Of a DNA stretch of 64,000 nucleotides, positions 27,269-36,392 are shown piece by piece. A model generated the notes under the pieces. The model ran no database searches. It had not been told where the DNA came from and was given only the letters and a program-made list of their open reading frames with translations. How positions within the stretch are numbered: position 1 is the first letter of the stretch; every line of letters starts with the position of its first letter. A program made the position numbers and the translations under genes. The DNA is from Candidatus Bathyarchaeia archaeon (lineage in GTDB: Archaea > Thermoproteota > Bathyarchaeia > Bathyarchaeales > DTEX01), in contig JAVZNR010000009.1 of the NCBI GenBank assembly GCA_038882715.1, positions 785-64,784 of the forward strand. The letters are read 5' to 3'.

Positions 27269-28237
27269 TCAAATAGTGACTTTACGAAGCAAGTCTCTAA
27301 TCATTAATCCGCTTTGCTTCAGTGTTCCATTTGCGTAGGCTAGTCCCCAATCAGCTTCAGAAGTATTGAATAATGAGAAATAGCACCATAGATATTTTTT
27401 ACTATATATGAACATTATGAAGTCTCTTAGAATCCTTGTTTTCGTTTCTTCATTTATACAATAGCCATGATTAACTCCTTTAGTAGTGTGTAAGCCATAT
27501 TCATCTATGAATACATAATATCCTTGATCCTCAAAATACCTTAAGTATTCTATGATTTTATGGGGATCGAAAGAGTAAGGAGTATTCCAGCTATATGGTT
27601 CTACGCCAAAACCATCCACGCCTAGATCATACGGAGCGCCAAATTTTGGATCGAACTCTAAAGCCATATAGACTTTATGTTTGGGATCGAGCTGTTTAAT
27701 GAACATTATTATTCCTTGAAGCTTCATCCTATATTTCTCTGTTTTAAACCATGTTTGAGCATAACCGTAAATGTCTGAGTAGTCTATAGGATAATGCAGT
27801 ATGTAGAATCTTAAAGCCTTCTTATCCTTAATCTTTGGTATTAAGATATTTAAGAAGTTTAGGAAGTCTCTTATAGCATCATTATTATTTGGAAATTCTT
27901 CTTGTCTCCATACTCTTAGCGGTAATAATATTTCTAAGCCTATTTCAGCACAATAGTCAAAGACTTTTTCAGTTAAGTTATTGTATTCTAATCCCTCTAT
28001 GCACCATAACTTAATCCCTTTAAAGCCCAAAGACTTGGCCAAGTCGAGATCAGCTTTAACCTGCTTAAAGCTGGTTCTCTTCAAATTTTCCGATTCATCA
28101 TCAAACCAATACGGAGTATAGGCTATATAAGGGGTGTGCATTTTCGGAGAAAAAGCTATCCTGAAGTCTTCAATACTAAACATAATTAAGACTAGGAGCA
28201 AAGCTACCAAGAGCGTGAATAATTTTTCATGCTTCAT
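27269..28237 (-). CDS. membrane-anchored TIM-barrel glycoside-hydrolase-like protein (clan GH-A-like), AT-rich gene
   Basis: N-terminal TM helix; GFKGIKLW, LPLRVW, YVFIDEYG (a possible nucleophile Glu). No canonical NEP motif, so the family is uncertain. Confidence 0.5.
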   Translation of the reverse strand: MKHEKLFTLLVALLLVLIMFSIEDFRIAFSPKMHTPYIAYTPYWFDDESENLKRTSFKQVKADLDLAKSLGFKGIKLWCIEGLEYNNLTEKVFDYCAEIGLEILLPLRVWRQEEFPNNNDAIRDFLNFLNILIPKIKDKKALRFYILHYPIDYSDIYGYAQTWFKTEKYRMKLQGIIMFIKQLDPKHKVYMALEFDPKFGAPYDLGVDGFGVEPYSWNTPYSFDPHKIIEYLRYFEDQGYYVFIDEYGLHTTKGVNHGYCINEETKTRILRDFIMFIYSKKYLWCYFSLFNTSEADWGLAYANGTLKQSGLMIRDLLRKVTI

Positions 28238-28437
28238 CAAGAATAAATTACGGGGATGCATTTTTAAGTGATCTTCTCTTTTGAAGATATATGTTTTAAT
28301 TTTTGTCTCTTTTCCAAAAGGGATAAAACATTATTGAAGGACATAATCCTACCTTGGCAGCGCCTTTAAAGTGCTCCAAAATTTTTACATAAGCGAAGCG
28401 TTAATCTCTTTAATGGTGTTGTTAAAGGTGATGGTTA

Positions 28438-29853
28438 ATGGAGCGCGTTGGCATTCTTGTGATCTCCTATGGTTCTAGGGAAGCTGCTATGGTTGATGCC
28501 TTTACGAGAAGCCTGGAATATAGGGTTGAACTTTATATTGCTGATAGGCAAAGGAATCCGTTTAACGTCCGTAGGGCTAAAGAGCACGCTGTAATCCCAG
28601 ATCTTAACGTGGAAGCCATCTATAGGTTCGCTGAAAAGCACAGGGATAAAATAGATTTTGGCATAGTTGGCCCGGAGAAGCCTATAATCGAGGGTGTAAG
28701 GAATCTAGTTGAGGATAATCTCCGCATACCAATGATCTGCCCAACAAAAGAGTACGCTCTCGAGAGGAGCAAGGTTATGCAGAGACGGCTTTTCCAAGAG
28801 ATTGTGCCGGAGGCAAACCCAAGATTCAAAGTCTTCGACCCAAAAGACTACAAAGACTTAAATGATGTTAAAAAAGACTTATTCGAGTGGTTGAATGAGC
28901 TCGACAATAAAGTTGCCGTTAAACCGGATGCCCCGGCCGCCGGTAAAGGCGTCGGCGTCTGGGGAGATCACTTTAACACGCGTGAAGAGATCTTAGAGCA
29001 TTTTCTAGCGAACTTTAAGGTTGGGCCAGTCATAGTTGAGGAGAAGATTGAGGGAGAGGAATCAAGTTTTCAGGCTTTTTGCGACGGAAAGCATATTGTT
29101 CCGCTGCCGGAGACAAGGGATTATAAGAGGGCTTTTGAAGGCGATAAGGGACCTAACACCGGCGGAATGGGCACATATAAGGATAGGGGCAATATTCTAC
29201 CGTTCATGAGTTATGAGGATTGGGAGGAGGAGAAAAGGATTGTTGAGAGAATATTTGAGAGGCTTAAGGGCGGAGACTCAAATCCTTGTCTCAGAGGGAT
29301 GCCATTCTATGAGGCGTTCATACATACGGGTAAGGGGCCGATGATACTGGAGAACAATAGTAGGCCCGGAGACCCCGAAATAATACCGATCCTAGCGCTC
29401 TTAAAGGATGATTTCGTCGATGTATGCTATAGGATGATTGAGGGCACCCTTACACGCGTGAACATTGATGAGAAGGCTGCTGTTTTAATTTATAAGGTGC
29501 CCCCAAAGTATGGTGGATATATAGATGCTTTCCCGCATCTGGTTAGAAGGGATGAGATAGATACGCCGGTTATCCTAGATGAGGCTGAAAAACTCTCATC
29601 TAAATACGGCGACAATATTAGGGTTTATCCAGGCTCAATGGATATTCGGGAGGATGGAAAAACTTATGCGTTGTCCTCTAGAGCCGTGTGCACCCTCGGC
29701 ATTGCCGACGACATTCAAAGCGCACGTGAAATAGCTATGGAGGGCATAAGAGCCATTAAGGGAGGAGCCTTATGGTACAGAGCTGACATAGCGTCTAGGG
29801 AGCATATTGAGCGGAGCATAACGCATATGGAGGCGCTGAGAAAAAGAACATGA
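28438..29853 (+). CDS. purD: phosphoribosylamine--glycine ligase (PurD)-like ATP-grasp enzyme
   Basis: DFGIVGPEKPIIEGV, AAGKGVGV, VEEKIEGEESSFQAF, GPNTGGMGTY, and NSRPGDPE align with E. coli PurD. The N-terminal loop is atypical (SYGSREAAM versus GGREHA). Confidence 0.75.
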   Translation: MERVGILVISYGSREAAMVDAFTRSLEYRVELYIADRQRNPFNVRRAKEHAVIPDLNVEAIYRFAEKHRDKIDFGIVGPEKPIIEGVRNLVEDNLRIPMICPTKEYALERSKVMQRRLFQEIVPEANPRFKVFDPKDYKDLNDVKKDLFEWLNELDNKVAVKPDAPAAGKGVGVWGDHFNTREEILEHFLANFKVGPVIVEEKIEGEESSFQAFCDGKHIVPLPETRDYKRAFEGDKGPNTGGMGTYKDRGNILPFMSYEDWEEEKRIVERIFERLKGGDSNPCLRGMPFYEAFIHTGKGPMILENNSRPGDPEIIPILALLKDDFVDVCYRMIEGTLTRVNIDEKAAVLIYKVPPKYGGYIDAFPHLVRRDEIDTPVILDEAEKLSSKYGDNIRVYPGSMDIREDGKTYALSSRAVCTLGIADDIQSAREIAMEGIRAIKGGALWYRADIASREHIERSITHMEALRKRT

Positions 29854-30929
29854 TGAAGATTTTCATAACTGACTGTGAGGGGCCCATATCTAAAAACGAT
29901 AATGCCTTCGAACTCTCAAGCTGGCTTATTCCGGAAGGCGATAAGCTCTTCATCCAGCTAAGCAGATACGATGATGTTCTAGCCGACATAGTCAGGAGAC
30001 CGGGCTATAAGGCTGGGGACACGCTTAGGCTTATAGTGCCGTTTCTTAAGGCTTACGGTGCAACAAACGCCCTTATGAAACGTTTCTCCTCGGAAACATT
30101 GCTTCTAATCCCCGGGGTCAGCGAAACGCTGCGCTACATTAGGTCAATTATGCCGACGTTTATAGTTAGCACGAGTTATGAGCCTTACATAAGCGCTTTA
30201 TGTGATGCAATAGATTTCCCGATGGAAAATGTTTACTGCACAAAAATCGACATAGATAAGTATCATATGCCAGCCGAGGAGGTTGAGTGTATAAAGGCTC
30301 TTAGAAGAGAGATAATAGATATGCCTCTGATAGAGATTCCTAAAGGCGCAGAAACACTGGATGATTTGCCGCCTGAAACTCGAAGGGTGATAAAGCGTCT
30401 CGATGAAATCTTCTGGAAAGAGATTTTGGGAATGAAGATAGGAGCCGCTATGAGGGAAGTCAACCCGATTGGCGGATACGAGAAAGCTAAGGCGGTTAGG
30501 GAGATAGCAGCAATATTTGGCGGAGACCTGTCATCCGTAATTTACGTTGGAGATAGCATCACGGATGTTGAATCATTTAGGCTTGTGAGGAGAAGCGGAG
30601 GCTTAACAGTATCGTTTAATGGAAACCAGTATGCGGTAAGAGAGGCCGAGATCGCTGTCTTATCGCATCACGCAATCATATTAGCGGTGCTAGCTGAACA
30701 ATTTAAAAAATTTGGGAAAGAGCACGTACTCAACCTATCTGAAAACTGGGACACAAGCGTTCTGGAAGATTACTGTAGTCTACCCCTCATCGAGAGAATA
30801 AAGAGCCTGCGTCCGGAAAAAACTCCATGGGTTGAGAGGATAACCCCAAGCAACATGGAGCGCTTAATTCAAGAGAGCACAGCGTTCAGAAAAACCGTTA
30901 GGGGAGAAGCAGTAGGGGCCTTGGGCTAA
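29850..30929 (+). CDS. HAD-fold protein of the EhaR-like family (function unknown)
   Basis: FITDCEGPISKNDNAFEL (HAD motif I variant D-x-E) and YVGDSITDVE (motif IV). ATGA overlap with purD. The family name is from memory. Confidence 0.6.
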   Translation: MMKIFITDCEGPISKNDNAFELSSWLIPEGDKLFIQLSRYDDVLADIVRRPGYKAGDTLRLIVPFLKAYGATNALMKRFSSETLLLIPGVSETLRYIRSIMPTFIVSTSYEPYISALCDAIDFPMENVYCTKIDIDKYHMPAEEVECIKALRREIIDMPLIEIPKGAETLDDLPPETRRVIKRLDEIFWKEILGMKIGAAMREVNPIGGYEKAKAVREIAAIFGGDLSSVIYVGDSITDVESFRLVRRSGGLTVSFNGNQYAVREAEIAVLSHHAIILAVLAEQFKKFGKEHVLNLSENWDTSVLEDYCSLPLIERIKSLRPEKTPWVERITPSNMERLIQESTAFRKTVRGEAVGALG

Positions 30930-31027
30930 AATCATGACGCCTTTATGACATGTTATTTCGCTAAATAGATGGATGATAGAAAATCATAATAAAGGGTTTT
31001 TGAAAGCAATCTACTGGGTGAAATAAC

Positions 31028-31096
31028 ATGTCCTGCTGCGGAGGAAAGAGAAAGAAGAAGACTGAGGAGAAGAAGACTGAAGAGCCTAAGAAGTAG
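31028..31096 (+). CDS. candidate 22-aa micro-ORF MSCCGGKRKKKTEEKKTEEPKK
   Basis: GGGTGA Shine-Dalgarno motif 6 nt upstream of the ATG, a T7 tract 30 nt downstream, and too short for the ORF track. Confidence 0.25.
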   Translation: MSCCGGKRKKKTEEKKTEEPKK

Positions 31097-31153
31097 CGGC
31101 TTAATCGAATGGTTATTCCATCCTATTTTTTTGATTTATGAGCGGTGACTTGG

Positions 31154-32065
31154 ATGAATGCATTTATTGAGGATACTTACGCTGAAGCCTTCGAAGGATT
31201 ATATTTTAGGATCCTTGTCACTGCAAGCGATAAAAGAATCCTCATAAAAGCGGCTGAAGATGCAACCGCAACCCCCTCAACGGTTATCGGGCGGATTGAG
31301 GGGGGAATTGAACGCTGGGTTCCGAAAAATGAGACGCCTGATGGGCGTTTAGGTGTGATACTGCAGTTTTGGAGCGGAATAGATGAGAGAAAACCTGTTG
31401 AAGAGGCGGTTAGGAGATTTTATAGGGAACTCTCCTATAGAATCAGACAGGACATACTTGTTAAGCCCTTCACATCGGTTTTCGACGCGTGCCCAAACCC
31501 TATAGGTAAGGTTGATACGCTGGAGCTGATAGGGCATTGCGGCGACGGATACGAGTGGATTGAAAGGCGGTACGGGCGGGAAATGATAATTGTACCAATA
31601 ATGGTTCCAGACTTCAAGATTGAACGTTTTCTTGGCTATGGCCGCGGGGTTATGGGCGGAAACTTTTGGTACATGTGTCGAACAAAGAGAGCCGTATTAG
31701 AGGCTGGGAGAAAAGCCTTGAGGGCTATAAGCCAAATCGAGAGCGTGGTCACACCCTTCGACATATGTGCAGCCGGCTCAAAACCTGAAACAAAGTTTCC
31801 GCAAATAGGCCCTACAACCAACCACCCCTATTGCCCATCACTGAAAAGCAGGCTTGGATCTGAGTCCAAGGTTCCAGAAGGCGTTCGCTACATACCGGAG
31901 ATAGTGATAAATGGGTTAACTCTAGACTCCGTTCAAGAAGCCATGAGAGCGGGCATCAGGGCTGCCATGAGTGTTAAAGGCGTTGTAAGAATCTCAGCTG
32001 GGAATTATGACGGTAAGCTCGGCAAATACATTATATCCTTAAAGGAGATTATGCATGACTTTTGA
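31154..32065 (+). CDS. formylmethanofuran:tetrahydromethanopterin formyltransferase (Ftr) paralogue
   Basis: [42 protein letters not shown] and [11 protein letters not shown] are colinear with Ftr. The track start is GTG 31145. ATG 31154 would be about 25 nt downstream of the T-rich tract. Confidence 0.8.
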   Translation: MNAFIEDTYAEAFEGLYFRILVTASDKRILIKAAEDATATPSTVIGRIEGGIERWVPKNETPDGRLGVILQFWSGIDERKPVEEAVRRFYRELSYRIRQDILVKPFTSVFDACPNPIGKVDTLELIGHCGDGYEWIERRYGREMIIVPIMVPDFKIERFLGYGRGVMGGNFWYMCRTKRAVLEAGRKALRAISQIESVVTPFDICAAGSKPETKFPQIGPTTNHPYCPSLKSRLGSESKVPEGVRYIPEIVINGLTLDSVQEAMRAGIRAAMSVKGVVRISAGNYDGKLGKYIISLKEIMHDF

Positions 32066-32963
32066 GGTAGTTTGTTTCGGCGCGCTGAACGTCGACAAGC
32101 TCTATAGGGTTGATAGGTTAGCGGGCGCAGACGAGGAGAGCGTGATAACGGATTTTAGCGAAAGCCCCGGCGGCTCAGCCGCCAACACCGCTGTGGGGTT
32201 GGCGCGGCTTGGCGTTAAGGTTGGCTATATTGGCAAGGTTGCTAAAGATAGGGAAGGCGAACTACTCTTAAAGGCTTTCTTGAGCGAGGGCGTTGATACG
32301 GATGGAATAGTCGTTTCCGAGGCGGGTAGAAGCGGGTCGGTTATAGGCTTCGTGGATCAGAAGGGAAACAGAGCATTATACTTAGACCCCGGCGTCAACA
32401 ACACGCTAAGATACGAGGAAATAAACTTGGACTACGTTAAAGGCGCAAAAATTCTACATTTGACCTCCTTTGCGGGAGAACCGCCCTTCGAAGCCCAGAG
32501 AAAGCTGATTGAAAGCATTCCTAACATTAAAGTCACCTTTGACCCCGGAGTTATCTATGCCCGGAAAGGCTTAGGTGCCCTTAAACCCATAATAGAGAAA
32601 ACATACGCTTTCCTGCCAAGTGAGAGTGAAATGCGCCTTTTAACTGGGAGAGATTATCGTGAGGGCGCCCGAATCCTGCTCAATGAGGGCGTGCAGATCG
32701 TTGCGGTTAAGCTTGGGGAGAGAGGCTGCTACGTTACGGACGGCTACGAAGAACATTTAATAGACCCATTTAAGGTTAAAGTTGTTGATACGACTGGTGC
32801 CGGCGACGCTTTCTGCGCAGGCTTCATATATGGGTTACTCAGAGGGAAGAGCCTAAGAGAATGCGGTGTTCTCGGAAACTTTGTTGCTTCAAGATGCTTA
32901 ACGAGGATGGGGGCGAGGGATGGGCTCCCAAGACTGGAGAGTTTACCGCTGGAGCTCCGTTAG
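32055..32963 (+). CDS. PfkB-family (ribokinase-like) carbohydrate/nucleoside kinase
   Basis: [15 protein letters not shown] and [13 protein letters not shown]. 11-nt overlap with the Ftr-like gene. Confidence 0.88.
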   Translation: MTFEVVCFGALNVDKLYRVDRLAGADEESVITDFSESPGGSAANTAVGLARLGVKVGYIGKVAKDREGELLLKAFLSEGVDTDGIVVSEAGRSGSVIGFVDQKGNRALYLDPGVNNTLRYEEINLDYVKGAKILHLTSFAGEPPFEAQRKLIESIPNIKVTFDPGVIYARKGLGALKPIIEKTYAFLPSESEMRLLTGRDYREGARILLNEGVQIVAVKLGERGCYVTDGYEEHLIDPFKVKVVDTTGAGDAFCAGFIYGLLRGKSLRECGVLGNFVASRCLTRMGARDGLPRLESLPLELR

Positions 32964-33047
32964 GCTTCGAGTTATAGATTAACAGGTATTTAGGTTTTAT
33001 TAGCAACTTTTAAATTCCGCTTCTTCCAATATTAGAGAAGTGTGTGA

Positions 33048-33671
33048 GTGCGCCTAATGAGTGCCATGAATTTTCGCAATAGACTTTTCTCCCTTCTCGC
33101 CGAGGAGTTTGGGAACTATATTCCACAGTTTAAGCCGTATACGCTTGACTATCAAATGGTTGTCTACGCCTCAAGGGATCTAGAGACGTGGCTGAAGGTG
33201 AAACTGGAAGTTGAGGACGCTCGGACGGTTTATAGGAGAATCGAAGAATACTTTAAGAGAGAACCAGCAGATTTAAGGACTTCAATAAACTTCTGGGCTG
33301 GTATGTGGCTTAAGAAGTGGCAAGAGCGAGTCAGAGTCCTGTCAACAAAATTTGAGATGCCGAAAGACTACATAGAGAATATTAGGATTGCCAAGAAAGC
33401 GTATCAGCACATGGACTATAAAACGGATCTGAAGGATATGGCTGTTAGAAAACTCATAAAGCACGGCGAAATATGCATGGTTGAGTTCATAGCTGAAAAC
33501 CTAATAGTTGAAGAGATAGCTAAACGCATTCGAAAGCCTAGTAAAGATGCAAACATTATAGCAATAGACCCCTTAAGAATCTATAACGCTATAAGCGCCA
33601 GAATATCCCGCCTACCAAGGGAGAAAGGCCCATTAGTGTACTTGAATATGAGGCCGAACGTTTTCCAATAA
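33048..33671 (+). CDS. hypothetical alpha-helical protein (207 aa)
   Basis: Intact ORF with thermophile-like charged composition and no motif I recognise. Confidence 0.55.
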   Translation: MRLMSAMNFRNRLFSLLAEEFGNYIPQFKPYTLDYQMVVYASRDLETWLKVKLEVEDARTVYRRIEEYFKREPADLRTSINFWAGMWLKKWQERVRVLSTKFEMPKDYIENIRIAKKAYQHMDYKTDLKDMAVRKLIKHGEICMVEFIAENLIVEEIAKRIRKPSKDANIIAIDPLRIYNAISARISRLPREKGPLVYLNMRPNVFQ

Positions 33672-33796
33672 GAAGATGGCCTATAAGAAAGGGTAGGGGC
33701 CAAGAAAAATAATTAATGCTATGCTTCAATAATTTATCTTAAGGGGTTGCGTTCCCGAGTGATTGAGGTTTAAGTAGAGTGGGAAGATGATTCAGG

Positions 33797-34588
33797 ATGA
33801 CTATTGAGCGCCTATCGACGGGTATACGTGAATTAGACGCTATGCTTGAGGGCGGTATACCTAAGGGCTTCACCGTAGCGATAACAGGTGAACCGGGCAC
33901 CGGAAAGACCATTCTCTGCATACATTTCATCGCTCAGGGAATATCTGAGGGAGACAAGTGTATTTATGTGACCACCGAGGAAAGCCGCGAATCCATAATC
34001 ACGCAGGCGGCACAGTTCGGCTTCGATTTCTCTAAAGGTATATCTGAGAAGAGAATGGTGATTATTGATGCGCTAATGGGAGCTAAAGATGAATGGTCTC
34101 TCCAAAGCCTAGACATCGAGGAGCTTGTGAATAAGGTCATTGAGGCCAAAAAGTTTTTGGGTTACGGTAGAGCTCGCCTAGTTATCGATTCGCTCTCGGC
34201 TTTCTGGCTCGATAAGCCAGCTATGGCTAGAAGATACTCCTATTTCGTGAAGAAGGTTTTGTTCAAGTGGGACTTCACAGTCATGGCGACCTCACAGTAC
34301 GCTATAACGACCTCTGAGGCCTTCGGCTGGGGCATAGAACACATAGCTGACGGCATAATAAGGTTCCGTAGAGCTGTTAGAAATGGCGTTTTGAAGCGCT
34401 ATATTCTCATCGAGAAGATGAGACAGACAAACCACAGCCTACAAATGTATGAGGTCGCGATACTGCCGGGGAAGGGGCTGACAATAGTTAAGCCAGTTGA
34501 GATGCGGAAAGAAGACATATCTTTACCTAGACACGTTATGGAGCGCATCCAAAGGGCATCCGAAAGAAGGGAAGCCGAGATACCTTGA
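33797..34588 (+). CDS. KaiC/RadA-paralogue-type RecA-superfamily ATPase (single domain)
   Basis: LSTGIRELDAMLEGGIPKG, Walker A GEPGTGKT, YVTTEES, and Walker B RLVIDSLSAF. Confidence 0.85.
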   Translation: MTIERLSTGIRELDAMLEGGIPKGFTVAITGEPGTGKTILCIHFIAQGISEGDKCIYVTTEESRESIITQAAQFGFDFSKGISEKRMVIIDALMGAKDEWSLQSLDIEELVNKVIEAKKFLGYGRARLVIDSLSAFWLDKPAMARRYSYFVKKVLFKWDFTVMATSQYAITTSEAFGWGIEHIADGIIRFRRAVRNGVLKRYILIEKMRQTNHSLQMYEVAILPGKGLTIVKPVEMRKEDISLPRHVMERIQRASERREAEIP

Positions 34589-35442
34589 AGACCCTAAACG
34601 AGTATTATTCACGCCCAGACGTACAAAGAGAAATCCTAGACTTCTGTAAGGGGAGATGGGTCGCCCTACACCAACTAGATTCAAGCGGTAACCTAGCTTT
34701 TAAGCGGTACACTAGTGAGGGAAAACCCATTAAAATAGAGGGGTTAAGGGATCTGGACAGGATAAATAACGGTGCTTTAAGGTCTATTTACGCTACGGCT
34801 AACGTTTATAGAAACCTACAGCGCGTAGAAGACCTATATGATCAGTCAAACATCGCTTACTGTACGCCGACATGGGATGTTGACAGCGAACTATCAAACT
34901 GGAAGGAAACAATACGGGTTGCTAAGGAGATAGCGCGTTTTCTAAGCGAGTGGGGGATTAAAAGGTCGGTTTACATTAAGTGGTCTGGGAACGGATGCCA
35001 CATCCATATAAATGAGAGAAGCATATCAGGTAGCCTACTTGAGAAGTATAATCCCCTAGATCTAGCGTACGCCATTGTTGAATACGTGAACTCCAGACTA
35101 TCATCAGTTTTCGCAGAGCCACTATGCAGCGGTAAAGTAACCGTAGAGAATAAAATCGACCTCACAAGAGTCTTCACCTGCCCGCTGAGCCTACACCGAG
35201 AACTAGACGCTGTATGCGTATCTTTGAAGACCGAAGACCTCGAAAAGTTCACTCCAGAATGGGTTAACCCACAAACGTTTAAACATGACCCCAATTGGCG
35301 CGAGTTTAAGGATGGGGAAACCGATGAGCTCGCTGAAAAAGCCTATAAAACAATAGGAGGATACCTGTTTAAGCCTAGAAAAAAGAGGCGGAAAACGAAA
35401 CCCTTAGATAAACAGATATTAGAGTGGCTGCAAAAAGAGTAA
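34585..35442 (+). CDS. minimal archaeo-eukaryotic primase (AEP/PriS-like) homologue
   Basis: Motif I TWDVDSE (D98, D100), motif II WSGNGCHIHI, motif III KIDLTRVFTCPLSLH, in PriS order. Basic tail KPRKKRRKTKP. The TTG start overlaps the upstream TGA. Confidence 0.65.
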   Translation: MKTLNEYYSRPDVQREILDFCKGRWVALHQLDSSGNLAFKRYTSEGKPIKIEGLRDLDRINNGALRSIYATANVYRNLQRVEDLYDQSNIAYCTPTWDVDSELSNWKETIRVAKEIARFLSEWGIKRSVYIKWSGNGCHIHINERSISGSLLEKYNPLDLAYAIVEYVNSRLSSVFAEPLCSGKVTVENKIDLTRVFTCPLSLHRELDAVCVSLKTEDLEKFTPEWVNPQTFKHDPNWREFKDGETDELAEKAYKTIGGYLFKPRKKRRKTKPLDKQILEWLQKE

Positions 35443-35528
35443 GTTTCCCTCATCCTACTAAAGGCTCCGCATTTAAGTGAAGAAAAGTCAGGGTTTTAGA
35501 GAAAACACGAAGGCTTTAAGCCAAGATC

Positions 35529-36350
35529 TTAAAATGTAATCGGCGTTATTTTACGCGCTCTTTCTCCCAAAATCTTGTCTGCGATTAGCTGCGCCACCTT
35601 AGCCCCGCTAAGCAGCATCCCTCCAAATATTGGCCCCATCCGCGGCGTTCGGTCTATTGACGCAACAGCCATGCCAGCAGCGAAAAGCCCTGGGCAGACC
35701 TCTCTAGTGCCCTCAACAATTAGCTTTTCGGCTTGAGGAGCCCACATGGATTTCTCGCCCACAACGGAAATGTTTAGCTCCGGAATCTTTCTGGAAGCGA
35801 CCGAGAGAATCTCTGCGTCATGCCCAGTGCAGTCCACGATGGCTTTCGCCTTGATCCCGAGGGGGTCTACGTGGAGCCCAGCCATGACGACAGACGCCCA
35901 TTGGATGACTACACCAGTTATCCTAGGCGGATCGCTCCTGTATATTACATCGTCAACGGTTACGCCTAAAATTATCTTTGCTCCCGAATCTATGGCCTTA
36001 GATGCCAGTTTAGCTATCATTTCAGCAACGTCAACAATAAAAACGCCGCTTTCCAGCTCTTCCATCCCACAATCAATCTCTCTTAGAATCGCGTCTGCCG
36101 GCGTCTCCACAATGATTTTGTGAAACTGCATCCCTCCGCCGCCCATGCCCCCGCCGAAGGAAAGCCTCCTCTCGAATAAAACTGTTTTTAGCCCCGCCTT
36201 AGCCGTGTACATTGCGGCTGTAAGCCCGGAGGGGCCGGCGCCAACGATTACAACATCTGTCTCAGCGATGTTCAGCCAATCTTCCATGGTTTTCCTGATT
36301 ATCATTCTGGTTACGGTTTCCTCTTCAACGCTCTTAATCCCGCATATCAT
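35529..36350 (-). CDS. thi4: thiamine thiazole synthase Thi4 (non-suicide archaeal type)
   Basis: [33 protein letters not shown] (His in place of the yeast Cys). ATG 36350 is preceded by GGTGAT. Confidence 0.9.
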   Translation of the reverse strand: MICGIKSVEEETVTRMIIRKTMEDWLNIAETDVVIVGAGPSGLTAAMYTAKAGLKTVLFERRLSFGGGMGGGGMQFHKIIVETPADAILREIDCGMEELESGVFIVDVAEMIAKLASKAIDSGAKIILGVTVDDVIYRSDPPRITGVVIQWASVVMAGLHVDPLGIKAKAIVDCTGHDAEILSVASRKIPELNISVVGEKSMWAPQAEKLIVEGTREVCPGLFAAGMAVASIDRTPRMGPIFGGMLLSGAKVAQLIADKILGERARKITPITF

Positions 36351-36392
36351 ATACATCACCGCCGTTCGTTTCAAGTGAAGATGCTTAGCCTA

